Source: Bacillota bacterium (lineage in GTDB: Bacteria > Bacillota > Ch66 > Ch109). From it: a DNA stretch of 64,000 nt. Below are positions 10,050 through 21,530 of this stretch, piece after piece. Positions within the stretch are counted from its first letter, which is position 1; each line of letters starts with the position of its first letter. The notes beneath the pieces are model-generated. The model saw only the letters and a list, made by a program, of their open reading frames with translations, was not told the origin of the DNA and searched no databases. The DNA lies in NCBI GenBank assembly GCA_050952625.1, contig JBMNLH010000001.1, positions 384,001 through 448,000 on the forward strand. Direction: 5' to 3'. The position numbers and the translations under genes were made by a program.

Positions 10050-12011
10050 TTAAAACCTCGGTCGATAATAATTTTAGTCAATACTTTGGCCAGCATTTCT
10101 CCCTCAAAGATTGCGGCCTCAATCCCGCGCACCCGACTGGCGTCCCCGATTATCCGGACATCCGGGACCAGTGCAAACAGTTGTTCGTACAGCGCGTTTT
10201 CCGGAGTGTAGCCGGCTGCCGGCACCACTGCGTCCGCTTGCAGGATTACTTCCGTTTGCGATTTAAGATCAATCGTTTTAACCTGGCCGGACTCAATCGC
10301 CTGTACCCGGTGATTGACCAGCCAATTGACCTGATGTTCCTTTAAACGATTGAGCAGATCACGCCGGTTCTTTTTCTCCATGTCTTCAGCCAGAGCATCC
10401 TTCATTTCCACAATAGTTACTGTATTCCCCCGGGAAGCCAAGACTTCCGCGACTTCACAGCCATTACGACCGCCGCCAACAACCACGATCTGCTTATTCT
10501 GGAGTTGATCGGGTGATTTTAAGACATCTTCAATGGCAAAAACATCAATCTCCTGCCAACCTTTAATGGCCGGGGTCAAGGGAATCGAACCGGTAGCCAG
10601 AATCACCACATCTGGCTGATGAGCCTGGACGTAGGCCAGGTCAAAATTGGTATTTAGTTTAACCTGGATCGGCAGTTTGGCTACTTCACGAACCAAGTAA
10701 TCCTTAAGCAGACCTAGGCGTTGCTTATGGGTCGGCAATTGAGCCACATTTACCAAGCCGCCAAGGCAATCACTCTTTTCAATCAGTTCCACCCGATGAC
10801 CTTTTCGGGCCAGCGCGATGGCTGCCTGAAGTCCAGCCTGGGCCAGCCCCGACGATACAAATAAACTTTGGGTTTTCTGTTTTGCGTGGTTTAAACTGGG
10901 CTTCTCGACCGGTATAAGGATTAACGGCACATCGAATTCGCAGACCCATAAAGTCCCGGTTAATGCAGGTGTTGCAGGAGACACAGGGACGAATATCTTT
11001 TACCCGACCGGCTCTAGCCTTATTAGGCCAATCTGGATCAGCCAGAAGACCTCGACCAATAAAAACGAAATCAGCTTTTTCTTCGCGCAGGACCGTTTCA
11101 GCATACTCAGGAGAACGAATTACGCCTCCAGTAATGACCGGAATGTTAACCGCTTTCTTGACCGCTTCCGCCAGGTAGACCCGCCAGCCTTCCGGATAGG
11201 AGATAGATTCGATACTAGTTAGACCAGACTCATACATCCCGGAAGAAATACTTAAAGCATTTACCCCGGCTTGTTCGAGCCGCTTGGCTATCTCTATCCC
11301 TTCGGTTAATTCAATCCCACCGGTTAGAAAATCAGAGGCATTAAACCGAACGCTGAGCGGCATTTCTCCAACCGCCTGGCGAATCCCTTCAATAATCTCC
11401 AGCAAGAAGCGAAGCCGGTTTTCCAGGCTACCGCCATAAAGATCCTGGCGCTTATTGCTGAAGGGAGAGAGAAAACCGCTGAGCAAATAGCCATGGGCTG
11501 CGTGCAGTTCAATTCCGTCAAACCCGGCTGCTTTGGCGTGGAGCGCGCCAGTGATGAATTTTTGTTCGAGTTGTTTGATTTCTTCTATTGATAATTCGCG
11601 AGGCGTGGCCCCAATCACTCGGCAGGCGATTGGTGAAGGGGCTACCGGTTGCTGACCGTGGGTAATTATTGGCGAGGTCTGCCGACCAGCATGGAAGAGC
11701 TGGACAAAAGCCCGAGTTTGGTGGGCGTGGATTGCCTCGACTAAATCATTCAGCCCGGCCATAAAACGAGGGTCATCCACTCGCAGTTCGTTATGGCCTT
11801 GCTTGCTGGTTGGATAATCGATGCTGGCTACCTCAACCACGATTAAGCCCACACCGCCTTTGGCCCGGGCGGCATAGTAATCAATCATCTGTTTTGTAAC
11901 CTCACCCTCGACTGAGGCCAAATTAGTAAACATTGAGGGCATGATCAGCCTATTTTTAATCATTAGCGAACCGATTTGACCGGGTGTGAAAAGGCGCGGA
12001 AATGCAAGCAT
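10028..12011 (-). pseudogene. NADH:flavin oxidoreductase (OYE / 2,4-dienoyl-CoA reductase-like), split by a +1 frameshift near 10838
   Basis: ELHAAHGYL, CVSCNTC...CAVNP, then the GAGPAG motif broken across the 410-aa and 318-aa ORFs. Confidence 0.88.
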
Positions 12012-12273
12012 TGTTTAAACAATCCTCCCTGATATGTCTTTTGAATATAGCAAAAATAAATCCAAGAATACAAATTTATCAATGTATCAATTTTACTACC
12101 AATAATGTGTTTTGTCACATGGTTGGGCAATCTTAAGCGAGGCAAGTATTCAAATAAAAAAGGGTATTTATCGTAACTAAGTGTGATGCCGCCACGTTAA
12201 ATAATGTGAAATATCTTCAAGCTATTATAATGATGTAGTAGATATAATTGCATGTAAGAGGAGATGTTTTCAG

Positions 12274-12570
12274 TTGCTTGAATTGACTATTTTATTATGT
12301 GGAGTAATTGTTTTCTTATTTTTAGTTTTATTATTATCTATCCTGCTTAAATGGAATAAGGCAAGATTAATTACCGGAATTCTAATGTCAATTACCTCTA
12401 TAATTACAATGATATTATTTATTGATATTCAAATATCAAATGGCAACCCAGATGCAGGAATGGAATTTGTGCAATTTTATTTTCCGATATTAGTTTTTCT
12501 TGGATTTACAACAGTAGGAATTTTTTCTACGGTTAAATTAGCTAAAGGGAATATAAATGATGTGGCATAA
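12274..12570 (+). CDS. Small AT-rich membrane protein
   Basis: 98 aa, 3 hydrophobic segments, GAGGAG RBS. Confidence 0.65.
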   Translation: MLELTILLCGVIVFLFLVLLLSILLKWNKARLITGILMSITSIITMILFIDIQISNGNPDAGMEFVQFYFPILVFLGFTTVGIFSTVKLAKGNINDVA

Positions 12571-12765
12571 TTCGTAGTGTCAGCCGAGAATTTAGCTGCC
12601 TAGGAAACAATTAGCAATCAAAAATAAAGCCGTCAACTTCATAATTTAGCTGACGGCCGGAGAGGATACGCGTTTATAATAGCATTTATCATTACGTCCC
12701 AAACACCTACATTTGCGATTCTCGAAGAGCTATTGGCTGTCAAAATTGTCATACAAAAATGGTTT

Positions 12766-12831
12766 CACTTCTAATGCCTCACACTTAACGTCTTACCCCT
12801 ACACCTCACTCCTTACACCTCACCCCTCACG
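12766..12831. repeat. Degenerate tandem heptamer repeat (CACCTCA-like) after the glnA stop
   Basis: ...GCCTCA CACTTAA CGTCTTA...CACCTCA CTCCTTA CACCTCA CCCCTCA CG. Confidence 0.65.
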
Positions 12832-14259
12832 CTAAAGATCATAATATAAGCCAAACTCAGCTGGATGAGGAGCCAGAGATACTCTGCTGGCTTCTTTGCG
12901 TTTTCGGTCAACCCAGATTTCTAATAATCGTTTAGGAAAGACGTTGCCAGCCAGCAGGAATTCGTAATCTGCTTCCAGGGCGTCTAAGGCAGCATCCAGG
13001 GAGGTGGGTAAACCCTTAACCTTTTTCTTTTCTGCCTCAGGTAAATCGTAAAGGTTTAAATCATAGGGACCATAACCCTGTTCAGTAGGATTAATCTGGT
13101 TGAGTATACCGTCGATGCCGGCCATCAACATTGCCGAATAAGCCAAATATGGATTGCAGGTGGCATCACTAGCCCGGTATTCAAACCGTTTCTGATGTGG
13201 CAGTTTAGCGTAATCAGGAATTCGAATCACGGCACTGCGGTTAGCGGTGGCAAAGCAAATGCTGACCGGTGCTTCGTAGCCGGGTACTAATCGTTTATAA
13301 CTATTGGTCGAAGGATTAGTTAGAGCGCACAGAGCCGGCGCGTGTTTCAGAATTCCGCCAATAAAGTAAAGGGCTTGTTGACTAAGGCCGGAGTAGCCAG
13401 CCTCATCATAGAAAATCGGTTGGCCGTTTGTAAATAAGTGCATGTGCACATGCATGCCGTTTCCGGCTTCGCCCATAAGCGGTTTAGGCATAAAGGTGGC
13501 TGTTTTGCCAGCTTGGAAAGCGGCATTTCGGACAATATACTTAATCAGCATAGTTTTATCCGCCATTTCCCGCAGCGAGCCAAACTCAACTTCAATCTCT
13601 ACTTGGCCTGGACCAGCTACCTCGTGGTGGTGGTATTTTACTTGAACCCCGCACTCTTCAAGAAGCAGGCACATCTCACTGCGTAGGTTATATAAAACGT
13701 CAAAAGGAATATCAATATGATAGCCGCCTTTGTGTGGAATCTTAAAACCAAGGTTCCATTCGTCATTGCCGCTATTCCATTCAGCCTGTTCAGCGTCAAT
13801 TCTATAGCCAGTTCGATGGGGTAGGGTTTCGTAGCTAACATGGTCAAAAACAAAAAATTCAAATTCCGGTCCTATTATCATTTCGTCGGCTATACCAGTT
13901 GAGCGCAGGTAGGTTTCCGCTGCTTCAGCAATAGTCCGGGGATCCTGTTCAAAACGCCGGTGCGGGTTACCAATAACAAAAATATCACCGATCATGCTGA
14001 TAGTCGGTACTTCGCAGAATGGATCGGTGAAAGCAGAACGGAGGTCGGGAATAAACACCATATCGCTTTTTTCCACTGGGGCGTAGCCGTAGTTCGATCC
14101 ATCAAACCCAATGCCGCTGGTTAAGGTTTCGGGTGTAAAGCGACTAGCCGGAATGGTTAGGTGTCGCCAACGGCCAAGTAAATCAATCATTTTAAAATCA
14201 ATCATTTTAATTCCAAATTGCTGGCAGTATTTTTGTAATTCGTTAAAACTATTAAACAC
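12832..14259 (-). CDS. glnA: Glutamine synthetase type I
   Basis: HHHEVAG, ATFMPKP...GNGMHVH, NSYKRLVPGYEAP and NRSAVIRIP motifs. Confidence 0.97.
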   Translation of the reverse strand: MFNSFNELQKYCQQFGIKMIDFKMIDLLGRWRHLTIPASRFTPETLTSGIGFDGSNYGYAPVEKSDMVFIPDLRSAFTDPFCEVPTISMIGDIFVIGNPHRRFEQDPRTIAEAAETYLRSTGIADEMIIGPEFEFFVFDHVSYETLPHRTGYRIDAEQAEWNSGNDEWNLGFKIPHKGGYHIDIPFDVLYNLRSEMCLLLEECGVQVKYHHHEVAGPGQVEIEVEFGSLREMADKTMLIKYIVRNAAFQAGKTATFMPKPLMGEAGNGMHVHMHLFTNGQPIFYDEAGYSGLSQQALYFIGGILKHAPALCALTNPSTNSYKRLVPGYEAPVSICFATANRSAVIRIPDYAKLPHQKRFEYRASDATCNPYLAYSAMLMAGIDGILNQINPTEQGYGPYDLNLYDLPEAEKKKVKGLPTSLDAALDALEADYEFLLAGNVFPKRLLEIWVDRKRKEASRVSLAPHPAEFGLYYDL

Positions 14260-14575
14260 CTTTTTTCCCCCTCGTGTGTCATAAACTGCTTTAAAATATC
14301 GAGATACATTATAGCAATGTTGTCGAAAACTGTCATTAGCTTTGTTGTTGTGTTAGATGGGAGTTGTAGAAATATACAGTATTCAGGCACAGCAGAAAAG
14401 CATAAGCATATGTGCACAGTCATAAATAAATATAATATTCATTAATATGGATAAGACCGTCAAAAAATAGTTATCTCCTGCATTGACGTGTGCTATAATA
14501 TAATCCGTAAGATGCTATATTGAATCTGCTTTTATTATCAAAACTATTAGTGTATTTTTGGGGAGGAATAATCCG

Positions 14576-14977
14576 GTGGCAAAGCAACAATCAGAGAAGA
14601 CTGTCAAATGTGCTGATTTGTATCAAAGCTCAAGTACGCGCAGTAGTAGATCGGGAAAATTGGTTGAACCCTGTCTCTTGTTACTTCTTCATGAGAAACC
14701 ATCGCATGGCTATGAATTGATTGAAAAGTTAGTAGAATTCGGCTTTGATGATGATGCGCCAGATCCAGGCACAGTATACCGCAACTTGAGGAGAATGGAA
14801 GAAGACGGACTGGTTAAATCGTCCTGGATGACTAATGGGCCGGGGCCGGCTAAACGGCTATATGAAGTAACCCCGGAAGCAGCTGATTTACTAGCCACTT
14901 GGGCCGATGATATACGAAAGAACATTGAACGATTAGAAAACTTTCTGGTAAGGTATAAAAATTTTAGTCAAGTCTAA
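14576..14977 (+). CDS. PadR-family transcriptional regulator
   Basis: SHGYELI...PGTVYRNLRRME...GPAKRLYEVT; GTG start after GGGAGG. Confidence 0.9.
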   Translation: MAKQQSEKTVKCADLYQSSSTRSSRSGKLVEPCLLLLLHEKPSHGYELIEKLVEFGFDDDAPDPGTVYRNLRRMEEDGLVKSSWMTNGPGPAKRLYEVTPEAADLLATWADDIRKNIERLENFLVRYKNFSQV

Positions 14978-15162
14978 TACGGTTTGGTTTTGAATTTAAA
15001 CTTCTTTCAGCGTTACGATATATCTTATTATTGTCTCTCGGTTAAACATAATTCCTGAGCTAAAAAGAACATAACCTAAAAAAGAAAACCAAAGGGCAAG
15101 TTGCGGATTATTTTACTACCGGCTATCCCTTTGGTTTATTTATTCACTAATTATTAGAAAAA

Positions 15163-15621
15163 CTACTTAATAACTAGCACTGGACACTTAGCCAAAGAGG
15201 TAACTTTACTGCTGATACTGCCCAGGAATAGTCTTTGTAGTTTATTTAGACCACGATTGCCAATAATAATCAGACCGTAATTTTCAGAGTGGGCGATATC
15301 ACAGATGGTTTCTGCCGGAGGACCGTACTCAATCACGGTTTCAACCTTCAAACTAGAGTCAAAACTAACCAAGGCTTGATCCAAAGTCTGTTGGGCGATC
15401 TCCTGAACCTTTTCCATCAGTTCCTCGCGAAAACGCGGTAGGTCCGGCCGGGTGTAGAACCCTTCCAATTGAAGGGCATATTCCTGAGGGTTAAGGGCAA
15501 CATGCAACAAGGTAACACTAACAGCACAACCTTTTCTCAGAAAATCGCTGGCGATTTTGGCTGCCTTCAGGGAAGCCGGTGAACCATCGATGGGGACCAG
15601 TATCCGACCAAACATTGGCAT
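15163..15621 (-). CDS. Universal stress protein
   Basis: ILVPIDGS...IIGNRG...LGSIS...CPVLVIK. Confidence 0.92.
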   Translation of the reverse strand: MPMFGRILVPIDGSPASLKAAKIASDFLRKGCAVSVTLLHVALNPQEYALQLEGFYTRPDLPRFREELMEKVQEIAQQTLDQALVSFDSSLKVETVIEYGPPAETICDIAHSENYGLIIIGNRGLNKLQRLFLGSISSKVTSLAKCPVLVIK

Positions 15622-15851
15622 CACTCTCCTTATATTATATTTTAACATGACTAGACCGCGGCCTCCAAGGATTTGGTGCCAAAAGATACTTTTTATTTTT
15701 TTTTTGGATAGATTTGATTCTATGAGATTCTTTCTGCCCTATTTGTTTTTTTGTGTCTATTATTTAATGATTAGAACTCATTAACAAGCAGGAACATTTA
15801 GGGATCAAGTAGTATATACTATATGACACAACTGTTGGAGGTGAGGGGCTT

Positions 15852-16460
15852 TTGTTAATTATCGGGCTCAATGGGAGTCCAGATAGCAAAGGTAATACAG
15901 CGTATCTATTGGAAAAGGCTTTAGAAGAGGCCCGGCTGCTGGGGGCAAAGACTGAACTAATCCACTGTTCCAGAGTGCTCAGGGATTTGAAAAACCCTTT
16001 TTGTTTAAACTGTAGTTCTCCTTGCTCGGGTAAATGCTATCAGGATAAGGAACTGGAAAGGGTTTTTGCTCGTTTGGTACAGTGTGATGGAATAATGTTA
16101 GGCAGTCCCGTTTATTTTGGTACAGTATCGGGTCAAATGAAGTCTTTTTGGGATAAAACGCGGGCTCTGCGGACCAGTAAAGCCCTGCTAAATGTGGTTG
16201 GAGGAGCACTAGCTGTAGGGGGATCTCGATTTGGCGGCCAGGAAACAACTTTACGGGCATTACAGGATATAATGCTGGTTCAAGGTATGATTGTGATCGG
16301 AGACGGGTATATAGATGATGACTGTGGTCATCATGGAGTGGCAGCTCAGAAACCATCGGAGACTGATGAGAATGCTATCCAGAGGGCTCGGATATTAGGC
16401 CGGCACCTGGTACAGGTCTGCGAAGCGACCATGAGTATTCGTTCTAGAAAAACGAATTAG
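15852..16460 (+). CDS. Iron-sulfur flavoprotein / flavodoxin family protein
   Basis: GSP..GNT, CLNCSSPCSGKC, GSPVYFG and GGQE motifs. Confidence 0.9.
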   Translation: MLIIGLNGSPDSKGNTAYLLEKALEEARLLGAKTELIHCSRVLRDLKNPFCLNCSSPCSGKCYQDKELERVFARLVQCDGIMLGSPVYFGTVSGQMKSFWDKTRALRTSKALLNVVGGALAVGGSRFGGQETTLRALQDIMLVQGMIVIGDGYIDDDCGHHGVAAQKPSETDENAIQRARILGRHLVQVCEATMSIRSRKTN

Positions 16461-16509
16461 CCCTTACGATATCTAAATAATAATTGTTAATAAAGATGCT
16501 CAGGTGTTA

Positions 16510-16641
16510 GCAGGATTTTGTTGTTTTTTATCGAATTAGAGTAACCTCGACAGCGATATCAAGCAACTTCATTTTTTGGACAAGCTTGAATACGTTAAAT
16601 TAACCTAAGAATAAGCAGGAAATTGAGGATATTTAGCGAAT
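16510..16641 (+). promoter_or_regulatory. Two sigma-H-like promoters upstream of yqxD-dnaG-sigA
   Basis: GCAGGA-N17-GAAT at 16510-16536 and at 16615-16641; the B. subtilis sigA operon also has sigma-H promoters. Confidence 0.6.
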
Positions 16642-16669
16642 TAAATTAAGGAGTGAGCTAGATTAACTG

Positions 16670-17122
16670 ATGAAGATCCTGGTCGATGCCGATTCATGCC
16701 CAGTCAAGGAATTGATTAGCCGGATTGCCAGTGAGTACCAGGTCCCGGTCTGGTTGGTAGCCAGCTTAAATCATCAGATGCCTCATGGACCAGGAATTAG
16801 AGTGGTTCAAGTGGATGCTGAGGCACAGGCGGTTGACTTGGAAATTATTCGTCAGCTTAAACCAGGAGATGTGGTTGTAACCCAGGATTTTGGCTTAGCG
16901 ACGGTGGCTTTAGCTCAAGGAGGGCGTTGCTTATCGCCCCGAGGGATGGTGTATTCTCAACAGAATATTGACAGTTTGCTTATGCAACGTCATCTAGCTC
17001 AGCGGTATCGTCGGGGTGGTGGTCGGTTAAAAGGCCCTTCCGCTATTCAACTGCCGGACAAAAAAAGATTTGAACTCGAACTGCGGCGACTACTTGATGA
17101 AATGGGTGAGACGAATGAATAG
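16670..17122 (+). CDS. yqxD: YaiI/YqxD family protein
   Basis: MKILVDADSCPVK and VVTQDFGLA; directly upstream of dnaG. Confidence 0.92.
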   Translation: MKILVDADSCPVKELISRIASEYQVPVWLVASLNHQMPHGPGIRVVQVDAEAQAVDLEIIRQLKPGDVVVTQDFGLATVALAQGGRCLSPRGMVYSQQNIDSLLMQRHLAQRYRRGGGRLKGPSAIQLPDKKRFELELRRLLDEMGETNE

Positions 17123-18974
17123 ACTTGATCGAGAACAACTGGTGGCAGAAATCGTCTCACGTGTAGACATATTAGAGATAGTCTCCGAATACGTAGTATT
17201 AAGTCGGAAGGGTAAGGATTACTGGGGGATATGTCCTTTTCATCAAGAAGATACTCCGTCCTTCTCCGTCTCTCCAGACAAACAATTTTTTTATTGTTTT
17301 GGCTGTCAGACGGGGGGGAACGTTATTACTTTCCTGAGAAAGAAAGATAATCTATCTTATTCTGAAGCATTGTCCATTTTAGCTGAAAAAGCTGGGGTAA
17401 GTTTAGAATTTGGGCCCGAATCACCGGTTCGACGTCAATCTCGCAGTGAGAAGCAACGATTTTATCGCCTTAATGAACTTACTGCTAATTACTATCATGA
17501 ACAATTGTTGCATTCTTCGGAAGGGGACGTGGGACGAGAATATTTAGCCCAGCGCGGAATTAATCAAGATAGTATCATTAAATTCCGATTAGGGTATGCC
17601 CCTCAGAGTTGGAATGTTTTATTAAACTATCTAACCCGGCAAGGGTTTTCCCCGGCTGAATTGGAACGCAATGGATTAGTTGCGGCTCGAAGCAGTGGTG
17701 GGTACTATGATCGTTTTCGCCACCGGCTGATATTTCCGATATCTGATCATACCGGCCAGGTGGTTGGGTTTGGCGGCCGGGTCATCGGCAAAGGTAACCC
17801 GAAGTATCTAAACTCGCCAGAGAATCGTTTTTTTGATAAAGGAAAAATACTGTTTGGGCTGCATTTAGCCCGACAATCAATCCAGACGCAACAGCAAGCA
17901 GTAATCGTCGAGGGTTATGTAGACGTTTTAATGTGCCATCAGCATGGAATCAACAATGTCGTTGCCTCTATGGGAACAGCCTTAACTGCCTCTCAAATTC
18001 AACTCATTCTTCGTTATGCCCCGGAGGTGATTCTGGCTTATGATACAGACGCCGCTGGACAGGTTGCTGCTTTACGGGCTAGCGGACTAATCAGAAGCCT
18101 AGGTGGTAGGGTGCGGATAGTTGCCCGGTTTGAGGATAAAGACCCAGACGAAATTATTAAAAAACAGGGAGTTGACTACTTCCGAAATTTAGTTGGGCAA
18201 GCACAGGATTATTTTACCTTCAAACTGCAAAAACTCTTGTTAAAGGCGAACCTGCGTACTGCTGAAGAAAAAATTGGTTTTCTTGCGGAGTTTTGGGAAG
18301 ATTTTCAGCAGTGTGATAGTGAGTTAGAGCGCCAAGAGTATTGTGAAAAACTTTCTGTTGCCTTGCAGGTGCCGGAAACGTTTATTCGGGAAGAATTTCG
18401 TAAAAACTTGGTAAAGACGAGAAGGGGCAGGAGACAACTGGATAAAAATACAAATACTGTCCATACTAAAAATGGACAGTTAACCTACAATATCTCTGCC
18501 TGGGAACTAGCAGAACGCAACCTGCTCCGCCTTATGCTCGAAGATTTTAAACTATTCGAACGGGTTGAGAAGGAATACGGTCTAGAATTATTTGCTAACT
18601 CAGAATTACGTCAAATTGCGGAAGCTTGCCGTGATGTAATAGCTTCTATGGGTCTTGAAGGGTCAAGAGAAGGACAAGGTATAGTATCCCTGGCAAGTTT
18701 ATTGGAGGAGTTCGGCAATGATTCAGTTCGTGATCTATTGTTAAAGATTTATCTAGAAAATTCCTCTTTCCCGGTGTTTAATAAGTTGCAAAAAGAAAAA
18801 GCGGTTCAGGACTATATATATACCATCAATCAGAATAGGCATCGGAAGGAATTGGAAAAGATACAGCTAGAGCTTAGTCGGGCTGGTCAGGCAGGCGATT
18901 TGCAGCGCAGTCTAGCCCTGGCTAAGGAATTGGAAAAGATTAAAGCGATGATGACCAGGGAGAGTTTCCACTAA
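17115..18974 (+). CDS. dnaG: DNA primase
   Basis: [11 protein letters not shown] zinc finger, KYLNSPE, VEGYVD and YDTDAAG TOPRIM motifs. Confidence 0.98.
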   Translation: MNRLDREQLVAEIVSRVDILEIVSEYVVLSRKGKDYWGICPFHQEDTPSFSVSPDKQFFYCFGCQTGGNVITFLRKKDNLSYSEALSILAEKAGVSLEFGPESPVRRQSRSEKQRFYRLNELTANYYHEQLLHSSEGDVGREYLAQRGINQDSIIKFRLGYAPQSWNVLLNYLTRQGFSPAELERNGLVAARSSGGYYDRFRHRLIFPISDHTGQVVGFGGRVIGKGNPKYLNSPENRFFDKGKILFGLHLARQSIQTQQQAVIVEGYVDVLMCHQHGINNVVASMGTALTASQIQLILRYAPEVILAYDTDAAGQVAALRASGLIRSLGGRVRIVARFEDKDPDEIIKKQGVDYFRNLVGQAQDYFTFKLQKLLLKANLRTAEEKIGFLAEFWEDFQQCDSELERQEYCEKLSVALQVPETFIREEFRKNLVKTRRGRRQLDKNTNTVHTKNGQLTYNISAWELAERNLLRLMLEDFKLFERVEKEYGLELFANSELRQIAEACRDVIASMGLEGSREGQGIVSLASLLEEFGNDSVRDLLLKIYLENSSFPVFNKLQKEKAVQDYIYTINQNRHRKELEKIQLELSRAGQAGDLQRSLALAKELEKIKAMMTRESFH

Positions 18975-19000
18975 TTACCTCGAAAAGGGGGGAAGAGGCT

Positions 19001-20101
19001 ATGAAAGGGAAAGAGGAACAGCAAAGAATAGAGGCAGTCAAGAACCTGATCCAAAAGGGAAAGAAACGGGGTAAACTTACTTACCGTGAGATTATGGATG
19101 CCCTCCAGGGAATTGAATTGAGTACCGATCAGATAGAGGAGGTTTATGAGCACCTTGGCGGAATGGGTGTGGCAGTTACCCCGGAAAGCGGGGAAATTGA
19201 AGCCCTGGAAACCACGGAAGCAGAGCCTCACCCGGAGGATATTGAGGTGGATCTCTCGGTTCCTGAAGGAATAGGCATTGATGATCCGGTCCGTATGTAT
19301 CTAAAAGAAATTGGTCGGGTACCCTTATTGGCCGGAGAAGAAGAAATAGAACTAGCGAAACGAATGGAAAAAGGTGATGAGGAAGCCAAAAGGCGATTAG
19401 CTGAGGCTAATCTGCGGTTGGTCGTAAGTATTGCCAAGCGGTACGTTGGTCGCGGCATGCTCTTTTTAGATTTGATTCAGGAAGGCAATCTAGGTCTAAT
19501 TAAAGCGGTTGAGAAATTCGATTACCGCAAGGGATTTAAGTTTAGTACTTATGCTACTTGGTGGATTCGTCAGGCGATAACCCGAGCGATTGCTGATCAA
19601 GCCCGGACCATTAGAATACCAGTTCATATGGTGGAAACCATCAACAAGTTAATCCGCATTTCGCGGCAGTTGCTGCAGGAATTAGGGCGGGAGCCTTTAC
19701 CGGAGGAAATTGCCAAAGAGATGGATATCCCGGTGGAACGGGTGCGGGACATCATGAAGATTGCGCAGGAACCCGTGTCACTGGAGACGCCAATCGGTGA
19801 GGAAGAAGATAGTCATCTGGGTGACTTTATTGAGGATGAAGACGCACCGGCACCAGCCGAAGCAGCCTCGTTTATTCTTTTGAAGGAACAACTGGAAGAG
19901 GTCCTGGAAACCCTGACCCCCAGGGAAAAGAAGGTGCTTCGTCTGCGCTTTGGCTTGGACGACGGCCGGGCTCGCACCCTGGAAGAGGTAGGACAGGAGT
20001 TTGGCGTTACTCGAGAAAGGATTCGGCAGATCGAAGCCAAGGCCTTGCGAAAACTTCGCCACCCTAGCCGGAGCAAAAAGTTAAAGGATTATCTTGAATA
20101 G
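19001..20101 (+). CDS. sigA: Primary RNA polymerase sigma factor SigA/RpoD
   Basis: [40 protein letters not shown] and TRERIRQIE motifs. Confidence 0.99.
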   Translation: MKGKEEQQRIEAVKNLIQKGKKRGKLTYREIMDALQGIELSTDQIEEVYEHLGGMGVAVTPESGEIEALETTEAEPHPEDIEVDLSVPEGIGIDDPVRMYLKEIGRVPLLAGEEEIELAKRMEKGDEEAKRRLAEANLRLVVSIAKRYVGRGMLFLDLIQEGNLGLIKAVEKFDYRKGFKFSTYATWWIRQAITRAIADQARTIRIPVHMVETINKLIRISRQLLQELGREPLPEEIAKEMDIPVERVRDIMKIAQEPVSLETPIGEEEDSHLGDFIEDEDAPAPAEAASFILLKEQLEEVLETLTPREKKVLRLRFGLDDGRARTLEEVGQEFGVTRERIRQIEAKALRKLRHPSRSKKLKDYLE

Positions 20102-20115
20102 AACAAAATAACCGC

Positions 20116-20143
20116 TTGACTTTTGAGGCGGAAATGCTATAAT
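20116..20143 (+). promoter_or_regulatory. Sigma-A promoter of the tRNA cluster
   Basis: TTGACT-N16-TATAAT with TG extended -10, followed by a GC-rich stretch. Confidence 0.75.
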
Positions 20144-20159
20144 AATTCCTGCGCGGCTT

Positions 20160-20234
20160 TCCTCGATAGCTCAACGGTAGAGCATCCGGCTGTTAACCGG
20201 AGGGTTGCTGGTTCGAATCCAGCTCGGGGAGCCA
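20160..20234 (+). tRNA. tRNA-Asn(GTT)
   Basis: Cloverleaf, anticodon loop CTGTTAA, GTTCGAA, CCA end. Confidence 0.96.
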
Positions 20235-20251
20235 TTTTACGAAAACTGTTT

Positions 20252-20326
20252 GGGCCTATAGCTCAGCGGTAGAGCCACCGGCTCATAACCGGTCGGTCCC
20301 TGGTTCGATCCCAGGTGGGCCCACCA
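20252..20326 (+). tRNA. tRNA with CAT anticodon, probably tRNA-Ile2 (lysidine)
   Basis: GGGCCTATAGCTCAG...CTCATAA...CCA; the body resembles Ile2 more than Met. Confidence 0.88.
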
Positions 20327-20371
20327 TCATATAGAAGATACAATTTTATTAATACTAAAGTCGGAAAAACT

Positions 20372-20446
20372 GGCCCCTTGGTCAAGCGGTTAAGACACCG
20401 GCCTTTCACGCCGGCAACACGGGTTCGAATCCCGTAGGGGTCACCA
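20372..20446 (+). tRNA. tRNA-Glu(TTC)
   Basis: Anticodon loop CTTTCAC; CCA end. Confidence 0.96.
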
Positions 20447-20449
20447 TGT

Positions 20450-20525
20450 GGGCGATTAGCTCAGTTGGGAGAGCGCTTGCCTTACAAGCAAGATGTCGGC
20501 GGTTCGACCCCGTCATCGCCCACCA
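20450..20525 (+). tRNA. tRNA-Val(TAC)
   Basis: Anticodon loop CTTACAA; CCA end. Confidence 0.96.
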
Positions 20526-20629
20526 TTTTTGAAATGATGAATCTGGTATAAAGCCGGGTTCTTTTTTGTTTACCAGTAGTTGTGTTTAGCGGGCACAGGG
20601 GTTAACAAATTAACGGATGGGAAGGTTTT

Positions 20630-21406
20630 TTGGTGAAAAGACTCTCTATTCGACTACAAGCCTTAGCTGATCAGGTTATCCCGGGTAGTATAGTAGTGGA
20701 TGTCGGAACTGATCATGCCTATCTGCCACTATACTTGGTCGAGCACGGAATATGTCCCCGGGTGATTGGCATCGAGATAAACCCAGGGCCACTCCAAAGT
20801 GCCCGAAATCAGGTAGCGTCAGCCGGTCTAACTCACCTGATCTTGATTCGGGAAGGAAATGGGTTGCAGGCGATTTGCCCAGGGGAAGCCCAGGTTGTCG
20901 TGATCGCGGGGATGGGGGGCAAGACGATTTGTGAAATCCTTGAGGCAGCCCCAGCGGTATTAGCCGGTATTCAGCGCCTGATTCTCCAACCCATGGGAGC
21001 AGATAAGCTGGTCAGAGAATGGCTTGTTGCGCACTCCTGGCAGATTGTCCAGGAGGATTTGGTCCGGGAAGATGGGGTTTATTACATAATTATTATCGCA
21101 GAACCGAGTACACTGACCGTCCGCTGGCCGGAGAATGAAGCTTTAGTTTATAATGCAGTCAAAGACGAACTTGAAGACGATACTAAGGACAAAATGAGAA
21201 ATCTAATGGAATTAGAAATTGGCCCGGATTTAATTAACCGACACCACCCTTTATTGCCTGAATATTTAAACTATCTCCTGGAGCGAGAGCAACGGATTTA
21301 CGATCATTTAAAACGAAGTCAAAATCCGGAGGCGTTGTTGGAGCAGGCCAGACGGCAGGAGCGGATAGAGGCTCTGCAAGAGATTATTCAGAGACAGTTA
21401 AGCTAA
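20630..21406 (+). CDS. trmK: tRNA (adenine22-N1)-methyltransferase
   Basis: DVGTDHAYLP, IAGMGG and LILQP motifs; conserved position after sigA. Confidence 0.93.
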   Translation: MVKRLSIRLQALADQVIPGSIVVDVGTDHAYLPLYLVEHGICPRVIGIEINPGPLQSARNQVASAGLTHLILIREGNGLQAICPGEAQVVVIAGMGGKTICEILEAAPAVLAGIQRLILQPMGADKLVREWLVAHSWQIVQEDLVREDGVYYIIIIAEPSTLTVRWPENEALVYNAVKDELEDDTKDKMRNLMELEIGPDLINRHHPLLPEYLNYLLEREQRIYDHLKRSQNPEALLEQARRQERIEALQEIIQRQLS

Positions 21407-21530
21407 AGCCACCCCTGTAGTGAAGTAAAGAAAGGTTGACCAAATCCAAGGCCCTTGGCACATAGGAATTGATCCAAAGCCTTAATATAGTGCCGAAGGC
21501 TGAGATTGATGATTAAGAGGTGATATAATT

